Program-made: the position numbers and the translations under genes
Shown: positions 1-12,397 of the stretch, piece after piece
Numbering within the stretch: position 1 is the stretch's first letter
How the letters are laid out: the number at the start of each line of letters is the position of its first letter
Notes under the pieces: model-generated
The model's input: only the letters and a program-made list of their open reading frames with translations
Database searches by the model: none
Told to the model about the DNA's origin: nothing
Assembly: GCF_004010195.1 (NCBI RefSeq)
Contig: NC_057718.1
Coordinates: forward strand, 24,235,309 to 24,295,082
From: Chiloscyllium plagiosum
Lineage: Eukaryota
Direction of reading: 5' to 3'
Length of the DNA stretch: 59,774 nt

Positions 1-391
1 GGCAGGATCATACCATTGTAAATGAAAATGTTGTTTTCTCTTAGATTTCGCATTTCTTGCAAATTGTCCTAATGAAAGCAAGACCAAAAGCTTTGACAAA
101 ATTAGTCCCCTTTTTTTTTCAGCAGTATACAACTTCTGTACCACTAAATGACTTTTTAAAATCAGGTTTTAGCAAAAGCAAAATATTGCAGATGTTGGAA
201 ATCTGGAGAGAAAAATCAATGCTGGAAATTGTCAGCTGTTCTGGCAGCATTTGTGAAGAGAGAAAAAGTTAATGTTGCAAGTCAAACATGACCTTCAGAA
301 AGAAAGTAGAAATGCAATGGGTTTCTTTTGATCCCATAGGATCTCTATCTCTGATTATGTTTTTTTTTGTCCTGTATCCGTCTGAATCTTG

Positions 392-660
392 GGGTAAAAA
401 CAATGACTGCAGATGCTGGAAACCAGATTCTGGATCAGTGGTGCTGGAAGAGCGCAGCAATTCAGGCAGCATCCAACGAGCAGCGAAATCGACGTTTCGG
501 GCAAAAGCCCTTCCTTAGGAATAAAGGCAGAGAGTCTGGATCAGCTTCAGGCTCTCTGCCTTTATTCCTGATGAAGGGCTTTTGCCCGAAACGTCGATTT
601 CGCTGCTCGTTGGATGCAGCCTGAATTGCTGTGCTCTTCCAGCACCACTGATCCAGAATC
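392..660. mobile_element. Young fold-back PLE insertion (115-nt inverted arms plus 34-nt tail) with target-site duplication
   Basis: Arms 426-540 and 546-660 are reverse complements with 6 mismatches and a 5-nt loop. The direct repeat atccgtctgaatcttg occurs at 376-391 and 658-673. Confidence 0.88.
568..595 (+). ncRNA. Minimal hammerhead ribozyme motif, intact core
   Basis: CTGATGA-A-GGGC-TTTT-GCCC-GAAA-CGTC. It has the catalytic boxes, a 4-bp helix II, palindromic ACGT in place of helix III, and a GTC cleavage triplet. Helix I is very short. Confidence 0.78.
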
Positions 661-1622
661 CGTCTGAATCTTGTTCATGATCTTGCTTATAGACCAAGCT
701 GTTCTTTATTCTTCCATTCAGACTTTCACTGGACAAATGCTTGGTGTTCTCGCCACAGCCATTAACACTCCTTTCGTCTTTTGTTCCATGACATCTTTGT
801 AATTTAATCCCTCCTGTCTTGTACCCAACCAAAAACCTTCACTTTTGTTCTTCCTCCTCTTCCACCCTTGCCCTCACTTTTCAACAGCATTAAAATACAT
901 TGCGTTCCTTTCTTCTGACAGTTCTGAATGAGAGCCATCACGACTCATTTGTCATGCTTCTCTCTGCACAGCTGCTGCCAAACCTGCTGGCTATTTCCAA
1001 AGTTTTATTTATTCTGTAAAAGTCTGGTTGCCTACTTTTGATGGCTTTAAACTTGCTCCTGGCCTCTACATTGTGCTGTTGAACCTTATGAACTGAGAAC
1101 CAGTTCAGTTCTTTGAGTTTGTTATCATAGCTTAAAACATGAGCCTTGAAATTAATTTTGAACTAATGATTTTGTTTTCTTTAAGCAGTGAATTCCAATG
1201 GCTAATGAGGGAATAGAGGAGTTAATAATCCTTGACAGTGTGGGAGCTGAATTAGTGAATAGTTGGGATGACAACATCACTGAAGCACTACTGGGTTAAT
1301 GACTCTCAATATTGATCATTTCCCTCCTGCGCGCCATCAGTAATCTCTCTTTGCCAGTCATACCGTGAACATACAGTGAGCAAGTAGTTAGAAATGTACA
1401 GAAAGAAAATCATGAATCACAGCTTCTTGCAACTTCAACAGCATGCTAGCAATTAATATCCTATTCCAGGAGATAGCAGCCTTCTGTTTATTGAAAAATA
1501 TTTTTAAAAATTTGCCTGAAATGAAAGTTGAAAGCTAACAGAGTTGGTGATAATATTAATGTTTTGGCATTGAGAGACCATTGTCTGTAGGCTAATAGGA
1601 ATCGGGCAATAAACAAAAATGG

Positions 1623-1784
1623 ATTAGTGGTGCTGGAAGAGCACAGCAGTTCAGGCAGCATCCAAGGAGCTTCGAAATTGACGTTTCGGGCAAAAGTCCT
1701 TGGATGCTGCCTGAACTGCTGTGCTCTTCCAGCACCACTAATCCAGAATCTGGTTTCCAGCATCTGCAGTCATTGTTTTTACCT
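1623..1784. mobile_element. Young fold-back PLE insertion, same family as 392-660 in the opposite orientation; HHR truncated
   Basis: Perfect inverted arms at 1620-1668 and 1697-1745, tail at 1746-1784, and direct repeat aataaacaaaaatgg at 1608-1622 and 1785-1799. Confidence 0.88.
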
Positions 1785-2294
1785 AATAAACAAAAATGGC
1801 TCATCAAATTAGTGTTGTGCCGTAGGTACCAGTTCTAGAGTGTCAAATACTTGCAGTTTATATAAATTGATAGATAAAGAGATATAAAGGATGGTTTCTC
1901 CATTTTTTGACAAAATAAAGATAGGGAAGAAAATAAGTAAATAGGGCACAATAAGTTACAAAGGATATATTAAGTGGCTGAATGGAGCACACAGTAAGTT
2001 TGGGGAGGGAGTTGGTTGGGAGTAATGTGACATTGTCCATTTTGACAGGAAATAAGAGAAGCACATTTTCTAAATGGTGATACATTGCAGAGCTCTGAAA
2101 TGTAAAGGGACCTGGGTGCCCTAGTTTGGGTATGTGACTGTTTGAAAAGAACAGGCAGGAAAGAGAGTGAGTGTGGTGGAGTATCTTTGTTAGTACAGAA
2201 TGGAATAAGTAGGATAAGAAATGATCTAAGATTACATGATGGATGGAGGTCATTTTTTAAAGAAAAGGAAAAACTCACTTGTCAGACAGTCGAC

Positions 2295-4090
2295 CAACCG
2301 AAATACTTTGCTTCAATCTTCATTGAAGACTGTGTGGAGTTGGCACATTCTCACTGTGTGTGTGGGTTTCCTGCTAATTCTCTGGTTTTCTCCCACAGTC
2401 CAAAGATGTGCAGGTAAAGTGGATTAGCAAAACTAAATTACCCATAATGTGTAGGCTAGGTGGGGTTAGCCATGGAAAATGCAGGGTTACAGGGATGGGG
2501 TACACGGGTGGGTCTGAGTGGGATGCTCCTCAGAAGATTGGTGTGGACTCAATGAACCAAATGTCCTGCTTCAACACCATAGAAATTCTATGATTCATGG
2601 TGGTGAACATGAATAGCAATCTAAGAATACTATGTAATGAAGGTACTAGAGAGGGAAGACAGTAAAGTTAACTACCACTGGAGAAAATGTACAAGAAAAA
2701 CTTCTGGGGCTAAGTCACCTGGATCTGATTAATTTTATCCTTGGATTTAAAGGTAGCAATTAGACGTGGTGATACATGGGTAATACTCTTTCAAGGATGT
2801 TATATTCTAGAAAAATCCCAAAACTGTCAATGAAAGAGTAAAAGACAGTGATAATAATGACAGAGTCCATTCTATAATCAGGTATTTAGAAATATATAAT
2901 CTACTCACATAGATTTAACATGGCTTCATGACAGTGATAATGCCTGACAAATTTGAGTTCTTTAAGAATGAAACAAGCAAGATGGATACAGGAAATTCGG
3001 TCTAAGTAATATATTTAGATTTCCAAAAGGTGTTTGATAAGGTCCTGCACATAAGGAGACTTGTACTACTCCCAGCATTATAGGCTGTTGTCATATGCAG
3101 TATGTAATTGTGGATAGAGGTTTGCTTAATTAAAAGAAGAATGACAGGGATCAAATGGAGCATTTTCAGGATGGCAACTTGTAACTAGTGGAGTGCCAAA
3201 GGATGAGTACTGGGTGTCACATCTCTTTACAATATATATTAATGACGTGGATGATGGAAGTAAATATGCCATCACACAGTCTGCAGAACGAAAGAGCAAG
3301 GTTGACTGAGTGTGAGGTAGCTTGACAAATGGAATATAATGTGGACAAATGAGAAGTAATGGACTTCGCAGGAAGAATAAAATGCTGAAGAATATTTAAA
3401 TAAGAAAATACTCCAGAAAACTGCAGCACAGAGGGATTGGGGAGTCCTCATTAATAAATCACAAAAAGCTAGCATCCAATTTCAGAAGGTTATCCAGAAG
3501 AAAGATGTAATGTTTTATTTCAAAGGGAATGGAGTATAACAATACAGAGGTCTTGCAAAATTTCTGGAATACTATGAATAGTTTAGTTTCCCTTATCTAA
3601 AGAAAGAGATACAGGCATTGGACGGAAACCAAAGAAGATTCACAAGATTGAATGTGGAAATGAAAGGCTCCTCTTACCTGGAAAGATTGAGAAGTTTGGG
3701 CTTGTACTCATTAAAATATCTCACATTTTTAGGGGGCTGTACAGAGTGGTTGCTAAGGGAGTTACAAGTTTCTTGTAGGAGAGTCGGGAATCAGCAGATT
3801 CAATCCCTGAGTAAGGTATCACCCATTTAATCCACGGGGATAAAGAAGAATTTCTGCTCCTGAGGATAGTATGTTTGTGGAATTCTTTATTGCACAGGGC
3901 TGCTAAGGCCAGTCACTAAATATATTCAAGGCTGAGATAGACAGATTTTTAATCAAGAAGTGAATCGAAGGTTATTGAGACAAGGCAGGGAAATTGAAGT
4001 TGAAGGTTATTAAATCTCATGATCTCAACAAATGGCAAAGCAGATACAATGGACCAATGACCTATTTCTACTCTTGCATCTTATGGTCTT
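2295..4090 (+). mobile_element. Degenerate CR1 LINE (RT region to 3' end), interrupted by a SINE
   Basis: Decayed CR1 ORF2 motifs YFASIF.ED (about 2305), HGF...CLTNL (about 2920-2955) and IYLDFQKVFDKVLH (about 3010-3050), with a CR1-type 3' end near 4080. Many stops and frameshifts. Confidence 0.8.
2328..2597 (+). mobile_element. V-SINE (HE1-like), 5' truncated
   Basis: V-domain core tgtgtggagttggcacattctc...tttctcccacagtccaaagatgtgcagg, with a ttctatgattc tail. Confidence 0.8.
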
Positions 4091-4099
4091 GGCGTATGA

Positions 4100-4772
4100 A
4101 GTTGACAAGGTTTTTGTGCAGGTAAAACAAGTAGTTTGGAAAGCTAAGAATGTTACTATTTACAACAAGGAAAATTGAATACAAAGTGGGGAGATTACTC
4201 TTCCGTTACACAGAGCATTAATGATAACACATCTACATACTGCATTGCCTCTTTTTTTTTAAATCATTAAAATGTAAATGCATTATGAGCAGTTTAAAAG
4301 GCTTTAATAAACCATGACCTAGAATGAGGGTATTGTGTTGACTGATGAGGAAAGTTTGGATAAGCTCGGCTTGATCGTGATGGAGTTTAGAAGTGTGCAA
4401 AGTAGATTAATTGAAACATTTTAAGTTCCTGGAGACCCTTGATGGGGTGAATATGGAAAAGATGTTTGTTTTTCTTATGGGAGAATATAGAACTAGGATC
4501 ACTGTTTAAAAATAAGAGGTCACCTAATGAAAACCGAGATCAGGAGAGTATTTTTTCTTGGGGGTTGTCAGTCTTTAGAAGTCTCTTCTTCAAAAGGTAG
4601 CTGAAGCAGAGTTTTTGAATATCTTTATAGCGGAGACAGATTGTTGATGTGCAATGGGTGAAAGGTTATTGAGTGTGTGTGGGAATGTGGAGTAATCATT
4701 TCACCCGTAGTCTCATTGGGGAATAGAGCTAGCTCAGTTTGAGTGACCTACTCTTGCTCTTAACGCATATGT
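4100..4772 (+). mobile_element. Degenerate CR1 LINE 3' fragment
   Basis: Decayed ORF2 C-terminus and 3' UTR paralleling 3470-4090. Confidence 0.65.
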
Positions 4773-5324
4773 TCAATAATTACCCCGACAACCTTGACTT
4801 TGCATAACCTTTTTGGGTTTTTTTGCATAATAATAGAAAAGATTGGGAACCCACATAAAATGCTCAACATTTGTGGCATCCACTGCCTATCCAGATGACT
4901 TGCTTCCATTTATTTGGCCATGGATTTATACCTTACTGTGAAATCACTGAGGTTACTCTCAGCTAAGTAATTCAGAATGCCCAATTGCCTTGCACCGATG
5001 GTACATCAGCCTTTGATCCAAATAGATAAGTTTAAAATTAACTGTGTATATGGAGTTAAACCTTCCTTAAAGTTTGAATTATTTTGATGCTGGAAGCAAA
5101 TGATGCTGGTGGGCTATTGAATGAGACAACATCTCTTTGTCCTGTAACAAATCTGGTACTTGATCAACGAGGATAGTTGGAGTAATGCTAATACAGGCCA
5201 TTCTACCAGATTTTAAATGGGACTTAGAGTGATGGAAGCTATGGTCGTGAACACTTGTAGATGGATTTGCTTAAAATAAGTAGTCTGTTAAATGTGCATT
5301 GCTCCTAAAACGCAGAAATTCTTA

Positions 5325-5440
5325 TTGATGATGTTACCCAGTATGGTCACGAAATGTCTGAAGACAAACCCTCAAGCTCAGCGAGCTAACTTAAAGACCT
5401 ATCATAAACCTGAGCTACAAATCTTCTCAAAACTCGCTAA
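5325..5440 (+). mobile_element. Solo PLE terminal fragment of a distinct family, starting with a degenerate hammerhead motif (5325-5358)
   Basis: TTGATGA-T-GTTACC-CAGTAT-GGTCAC-GAAA-TGTC followed by ...aacctgagctacaaatcttctcaaaactcgc. Possible decayed TSD cagaaattcttatt / cagattgttcttaatt. Confidence 0.6.
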
Positions 5441-6357
5441 CAGATTGTTCTTAATTTTGAATAAAACTAAGTTTAACTATTTGTACTGCTGAAGGGAATA
5501 AGTGGACTAACCTATTTGAATTAATTGTTTTTGTTTATGTAATACTAAGACTATTGCCCAAAATCTCTCAAGTTCACTTAAAATGATTGAATTGCATTGG
5601 AATTGAATTTGGATTCCAAAGAAAGATATCGGGTCCTTGTTAATCCTGATGACCATTAAATGTATTTTTGATCTATATGAAGATTTTTTTGAACAGGAGA
5701 GTAGCAAGAGCTGTGACTGTCAGGATTTTTGATTTTGCTATCGCAGTTAGCCACACAGCTGAGAATTACTGCCCCTTCACGAATAAAGTCTGCAATGCCG
5801 TCAGACTTGACAGAAATGATTGAAATCTCATTCTGATGACTCCATCCTACTCCCTAAAATCATGAGTGACAAAACATTATGAGCAGGTCTCTAACACTGT
5901 CAATTTTACTAGCAGCTTTAAAATCGATTCAGAGACCGACTGACTGACTTGACTGTCTTTTAATTGTTGTGTCCACTCTTGAAGGATTGCATTTTAGGCA
6001 AGCAAGCCAGTTATGAACTGTTTAATAAAGATAGTGGCTTCTCCAAGGTTAGCATGTGAATGGGGTCTACTGACTTGGTTGTTGAAGGTGATTGCATGTT
6101 GCATTTTAGAGTCTTGCTCTCACACTTGTGACAATGTTAGTGACAGCCTTGGCATCGTCTCAGATACCGTAAAGCCAATGTTTCTTGCTGGCATGGGCAA
6201 TAGCATGAGTTCTACTGGGAAGGACTGAAATGAATGGGGGAGGAATGTTATAGGGTTTTGGGAGCTAACAGTTTACATGTCAACATGATAGTCATTGTGC
6301 TTTGTAATAAAGGTTCCTCTATATCACATTGTCTCAAACAATTTTTATCTCTTTCAG

Positions 6358-6417
6358 GATAACAGCATTAATCTCCTGTTCTATCTGGTTTCCTATTATT
6401 TGCGTAATTTTGACAAG
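6358..6417 (+). CDS. FMN2: Formin-2 internal coding exon (60 nt, phase 0/0), FH2 domain: [20 protein letters not shown]
   Basis: Acceptor ttttatctctttcag at ..6357 and donor gtatgt at 6418. The peptide resembles vertebrate FMN2 as I recall it ([20 protein letters not shown]). It splices in frame to the next exon. Confidence 0.93.
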
Positions 6418-6591
6418 GTATGTTTTTTAGTTACAGAATAATTGCTTGTTTTTGGTAACTTTTGAAGTAATTTTTATGGACAAAATAAATTATTTTAGAT
6501 TTGCTAAAATAAGTTGGTATACATTAGTTACTAGATTGAGAAACGGAAATTATTTTCTTGCAGTTGATAAATTCCAAATGTCTCATCTCAG

Positions 6592-6712
6592 GATGCAGGT
6601 ACAGAACAAAGTGTCTTCCCCATGCCAGAACCACAGGACTTGTTTCAAGCTTCCCAAATGAAATTTGAAGACTTTGAAAAGGACCTCCGTAAACAGAAAA
6701 AGGATTTGAAAG
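6592..6712 (+). CDS. FMN2: Formin-2 internal coding exon (121 nt, phase 0/1): [40 protein letters not shown]
   Basis: Acceptor tctcatctcag at ..6591 and donor gtaaac at 6713. It carries the FMN2-type motif [27 protein letters not shown] and follows a 174-nt intron. Confidence 0.95.
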
Positions 6713-8149
6713 GTAAACCATTTTCTCTTTCGACTGATAGTCCATGAGCGGTGTACTTGTCATCTCACTGGATTACTATGACAGGAGCTAGAAACAGAAA
6801 GATTATCAAATCAATAAAATTGGTAGCTGCTACTTTGAATGATTTTATTGTCACGTGTATTTTGCAGTGAGAAAACAGTAAAATGAAGTGAAAAGCTTTT
6901 CCAATGTCACCACAATCTGGTACCAATTTGAATAATTTAAGAATAATCATTGCTGTACAGTTGGTCCGTGCTTCAGCTTAGCTCACGCACATATTGAATT
7001 CATATAAAAAGTAATAATGAAATAGATGCTGATTTTGTAATTAGTGTTATTTGCTCAACAAGTGGAGCACTCTTTGAATATTTTGATTCTTTTCGCTATC
7101 AATTTTCAATCTTCTCTCACAATACCTGTGTATTTACACCTGTATTAATAAGCAAGATCAACTGCGCAACATCAACGGAGATGGGCATTGTGTCCATAGT
7201 ATTTGGAGGAACGGGCAGCCTCAGGGCATTTTGTATTGTACATATTGCTATCCCACAGTGAAATAACAAGGTGTATAATACAGATTAGATTACTTCAAAT
7301 CAATGGTGGAATAGCTTTTCAGCAATATACTTTGTAATTTTCTTGTCTTTGGCCTTGCTTAAGTTTAGTTAATATTTAATAATAAATATTCTGACCGAGT
7401 ACACCATTAATCATTGCTATACGTCTTGCCAGAATGTTTTAACAATCATGTCATTTGGCATTTGTCTCTTACAGGGCTAGATTATTAGTGTGACTGCATT
7501 ATTGTAGTCAGGTAGAATAATTTTCAGCAATCATATGCTGGTTGAATAAGTGCTTAAGCAAAATTTGGATTTAACAACTCATTTTTTCAAATTTAATGTT
7601 GCAATTTTAGTTTTTATACAAGATATTCTTCAGTATATGGTGTCCATTAGCAAGGCCCTGTTAGCTCAGAGATTCTTATTATCTGGGTTTTGTGCAGGAC
7701 TCAGTAATCGGCCTTCAATAAATGTGTTCAATAATTGAGCAAGTGAGCAGAAGCAATAACGTAGAGTGGTGGTATGGCATATTCAGCTTTCAGTACATTG
7801 CATGTCCTCAACAGCTCTACATAGGAGAGTAGGATTAATTAGTACTTCCAAAGACGTGGTGCAAGTATGATGGGCTGGATGGTCACCTCATGTGCTGTAA
7901 GATTGTATAACTTTTGAATGTATACTTTATTGGATGATGAAATAATGAATGTTAGCTTCACTGACCAAGAAGCTGAACCAAGCACAAAATCCTTGAAACA
8001 TTTGCTGGAAATCTGAAATAAAAACAGACAGTATTAGAATTACCAAGCAGGTCAGGCAACAGAGTTAATTTTTCAGGGAAATAACCCATTTAGAAGAACT
8101 AGGAAAAGTAAGGTACTAAAGGGGTTTGAGCAAGAAGTGGGTGGAACGT

Positions 8150-8300
8150 CACCATCCTGGTTTGAGGTGACCCTGAAGGACTCTCCTTCTCAACCTCTTA
8201 CCTTGCCTGAGGTCTGGTGGCCCTCAGGTTAAATCCCCACCAGTCATTTCTCTCTCTAATGGAAAGAGCAGCCCCTATGGTCTGGTAAGACCTTGGTGAC
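8150..8300 (+). repeat. Interspersed SINE-like repeat, second copy at 19440-19635
   Basis: Both copies share tgagg..accntgaagga....ctcaa.ctctt.cct..cctgag.t.tggtg.ccctc.ggt.aa....tctctctaatg...agagcagcccc. Confidence 0.6.
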
Positions 8301-8499
8301 ACACGGGTGGAACACTGGAAAAGAAAGGCTTGTGATAGGGTGGAACACAGGAAAGAAAGAGTGTTTCACACAGACTTTCAGTAATTAACCATTTATTATT
8401 CTTTGAACAACCATGGTTGAAGTTATACAAAGGTTGTGTGCACTTCTTCCACTTCTTATTAATGAGTAGTTCTGTATAATAGGTTTCAAGTAGATAGAG

Positions 8500-9160
8500 T
8501 GTGATGATGCTGTCACTTTGTGGTTATTTTGTCCAGGTTGGTTTTTTTTTTCAATAGAGGTTGTAAGGCAGGGATACCAAACTGTCACTAAGAAAGTAAA
8601 CAATTTGAGGCCTTTGGGTTTTTTTAAAAAGTTGGAACAATGGAAGTAAACTTGGTGTGGTCAGTTCTCTCAGACCAGGTTTTCTAGGTTTTTTTTTTGT
8701 TTTTGATTTTTAGGTTTAGTTTTAAGCAGAAGCTGTTTGGGGCTTCAATGAATGTCTCCCGACTGCTACTTTCTTTGAATCTTCTTTTGATGTTTTTATT
8801 TCCCCTCTTGGGTGGGAGAACTACATGTGAGAATCTGCCATTTGAATTTGCCATTTTGCCAAGGAGTGTGTTTATGGGACATTGCTACATTGAAACAGGT
8901 AATTAGTAATAGGTACTATATATATCTTAATCAGTTAGGTTTTCCCAATAGTTAGGTTATTCTAAATTCCTCTTTCTTTTGTTTGTATTTTAACTGTAAT
9001 GTTTAAATAAATCGAGTTTTGCTTAACATCAAGTAGTTTAACCAGTTTAAAAGTTGCATCACATCTGGAATGCTCACTTCACATCTTCCTTCAAAATAAG
9101 AAAACACTAGGGTCCAGGCTACCTTAAATTATTTTGAGGGGTCTGGCCTGGTCTATAACA
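8500..9160. mobile_element. Probable solo LTR (TG...CA)
   Basis: Starts tgtgatgatgctgtc, ends ggtctataaca, and has an internal aataaa at about 9006. The same terminus appears inverted at 36385-36398 (gcagcatcatcaca). The TSD is imperfect (agag/agga). Confidence 0.45.
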
Positions 9161-10189
9161 AGGACGAGGGGACAATGATAAGTCAGTCGATGATAAATTG
9201 ATGAAGGAACAGTATTGAACCACTATGTACTTTAAATGAAGCTCCCAACAGCAACTGTTTCACCTCCACATGCCATGACTTCGTGAAAACCCAGCCTCGC
9301 TCTTCTTGGAGGCTGATGACCTGTAGTAACCAATCTGCTTTTGATCATCTACAACCATCGGTATCCATCCTTGACAAGCAGAGCAATTGATGGCTTTGTG
9401 CTCAAGCTCTATTCTACAGTGCATATCACAGCATTCATCAAGCGACTAGAATCAATTAAAACTGCAGCAAGGTGTTTTTAGATCTTTGAAGAGTCAACTT
9501 GGGATTCAAAAATTCATGCTCTTGTAACTTGTACACCTTTTGGTCCTCTCCCAGTTATACTCTTGGAATCCCTATTTTGAAATAAATTCCAATTTGCAAG
9601 TAATAAACTAAAACCTTCCAAAGATTTGCTAGTTTAAAGCAGTCCAGTGCATAGTGTTCAAATTCGAGTTCTCAATTTTGAGACATGAATGCTACATATT
9701 CCCTAAGATTTGTTTCAAGGTGACGTTCTGATTGGTCAAAGCTTACCGTCAGAAAAATGACATCCGAGAGAGACAGTTTATTCTCAGTACAAATTGAACA
9801 GAGAAATGCGAAAACATGCATCCATGTTAACTTAAGTCATATTTAGCAGTAACTGCCTGCCTTGTGAAGAATACCGGAAGACTAGATTGTAATAAGCTAA
9901 CGATTAAGCTATACTTACACCCAGATATTTGAAATTTATCTCTACCTTCTTTTGTAATGATTGCAATTCAGTTAGGGACATGCTAATTTGTAGTTTCTAT
10001 TCCCATTTGTAATCTGGCTAAAAGGTAGGATTCAGGGTATAGCTGATTTTGCTAGCTACTTTTAAGTACCTTTGAATGACCTGGGTCCCAGCCTAGTGTC
10101 AGGAAATGACACAATTTTAATTAGTACACTCAGATCCAGACTTGGCACTTCAACTGTTCTTCAACCCAATTGACTGACATGCTGGAAAG

Positions 10190-10760
10190 AGCAAAGGCTC
10201 GTGGATATTTAGGAGTGTGTAACAATGTTAAGTATAAGGTTGATGGAATGCTTACCTTTCTGCACAGCTGGAGCAAAAAGGCACTCTGGTTAGCCAACAT
10301 CTGGACTAGTCCTGCACACCACAACTTGGAAGGGGCACAACACAGATTCACGAGGAAGTCACAAGTAACTCCATGGGTTTGATTAAGGCAAGATTTCAAA
10401 ACTGGTATCATATCCCCTGAGACAGAGAAAGCCAAGAACCAGTTAGATTGATTGATTGTTTTAAACTTTGAAAGGAATGAATAGGTTTGATACTGAAAAG
10501 TTTTTTTTTTCTGACTGGCTGCTGATGTTTACAAAGAGGAGGTACAAACTCAAAATCCGAACTAGACCATTCAGGAGGCATGCTCAAAGCCACTCAATTC
10601 AATAATTTTAACTGTAAGCTGGATAGATTTTTACCAGACAAGGGTGTCAAAGAATATGACAAAAAGCAGCTGGATGAAGTGAAACTACACATTAGTCATC
10701 ATCCTTTAGAATGGCAGCCAAAGTTCAAGGGGTTGCGTCCTCCTTTCTGATGTTTCCCTG
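10190..10760 (+). mobile_element. Highly decayed CR1 3' fragment
   Basis: LEGAQHRFTR-like motif in ORF 10170..10382 and a CR1-like 3' UTR. Confidence 0.55.
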
Positions 10761-12397
10761 CTTTACACAAGTCCTAGTTGCCCCTATAGAAGATGTTGCT
10801 CTATTTCACTCATCTACATGGAGCAATTTGCATTAAGTTAACAGAATAAGATCAAGTCCAACAATGGGTGCTCTGTATTTGCCAGCTACTGTAAATTCTA
10901 CCTAAAGATATTAATTTAAAATCATACTGCATAATGAGATTCTGCAAATCATCATCACCATCAGAAGAATGCACCTGAAATGTAGCTGAATCATGATTTA
11001 TTTTTTAACCAAATGTAGACTTCTAGTACAGTTCTTGAATTTAATTCCTGACAGTGTGCATGCTTCACATTTGTTTTCTTCATGAAATGAATAATTCATT
11101 CTTGATGTCTACTTGCCCTTGTAAAGGTAATAATTACAGGTCTAATGAGAGCTGTAGCATGGTTACCTGCAGTGTGTTATACCAGAACATAATACTGCTT
11201 AAATTATGTCGTGTTTTGATCTCCTTCCTATAAAATACTGTGCTCTCATAGTCCTGCTGTATTGTGCTTTCAACTCTGTTCTTCCATCGTTGACCAGCCT
11301 ACTGCTTGGCAGGGTACAGTTTTCTCTTCATTTTACTATTTGCTTCAGTTTTTGTGCATTATCCTTTTTCAGCTGCTTTTACCCTAGGTCTAAGCTAGAA
11401 AATTCGTCCCTAAATCACGTTTGCCTCTTCCTGTCCTGTCCCGTCCCGTCCCGTCCGTCTCTCACACTTGCTTTATGATGTTCTTTAAAACCTACTGTTT
11501 TCTGGATAAAGTTTTGGTCTTAATATCTCTTTATGTGGCTTAATGTACAGTTTTCCTCTTGTCCTCTGTTCTGTGAATGCTTTGGTATATTCTACTGCAT
11601 TAGAGGTGCTATAATTCTAAAATGTTTAAGTTGAGTATCGAGGGAAGAATTGAATCCAGGTCAACAAAATCTCTTTTGCCTACTCAATTACGGTTGATTG
11701 CTAGCTAATGTAGGGTCATTGATAGTTATTCTTGTGATACCCGTGGTTCAGATTGTTGCTTTCTGTTTCAGTTATTGCAGTATACGTTTGCTTTCAATTC
11801 AAATGAAGGAAGGTGTTTGAAGAAAGATGCGGATGTTTAAGGTCCCCTCCCTTTGAGAACTTAGGCCATTTTAATCAACTTCAATTTGACAAATCTTGTC
11901 TTTTTAAACGGGATTAGTTCTCCCACTTGTTTTGCTTCTAATAATTTTGGTAGACTCCACTCACCATTCATTTGCAGACTCAGACATGCTTCTTAGGATG
12001 GAGTCAAATTGTGGCACGCTGCACGCATTTATATAATAACAAAGAAATTACCATCACAGAAAGGGATATAGCTGTGCTTTAATCCCCCATGCTTAAGTTT
12101 ATCCAGCCTGATATATAACAGACTGAGGACCTGCTATTGCATGACGCTGTACCACATCTCTGCGATTGATTTGATTTGTTTTGAGAAAGTACAGCTTTAA
12201 GATAAAGTTCCAATCACACAATGATTAGCGTAACTGTAATTTAACAGTTCTGAGCTCAACACATTGATAAACCTGGTATCTGAAATGAGACAATGCAACG
12301 TAAAGCAGATTTGTCACTCTACTTTAAAAGTTATTGAAACTCATTGTGAATGGGTTTGAGGTGTTTAGGTGTGTGATCAGCAAAAAGTATACACTCA

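Larger units (their letters stand above)
173..1012. mobile_element. Old Penelope-like (PLE) inverted-repeat relic hosting the younger 392-660 insertion
   Basis: The left end aaagcaaaatattgcagatgttggaaatctgg...ctggcagcatttgtgaagagagaaa is roughly complementary to the right end tctctctgcacagctgctgccaaacctgctggctatttcca. The same motif family recurs at about 7980, 15017 and 20188. Confidence 0.55.

Noticed and set aside
31..272. Good acceptor (ttgttttctcttag at 44) and ORF 57..272 as a further FMN2 exon
   Set aside because: No frame resembles the expected upstream FH2 peptide (GNYMNGGN.TRGQADGF), and the ORF runs into a repeat.
491..518. Minus-strand HHR in the left arm
   Set aside because: The core reads CTAAGGA instead of CTGATGA, so it is not called as a functional ribozyme.
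392..1799. CRISPR-like array or DNA-transposon MITE reading of the repeated palindromes
   Set aside because: The context is a vertebrate intron with no regular spacers. The asymmetric arms, long variable TSDs, HHR motif and GIY-YIG-linked homologs point to Penelope-like retroelements.
11430..11460. (CCCGT)n-like short repeat
   Set aside because: An ordinary microsatellite-like expansion within an L2-like relic.
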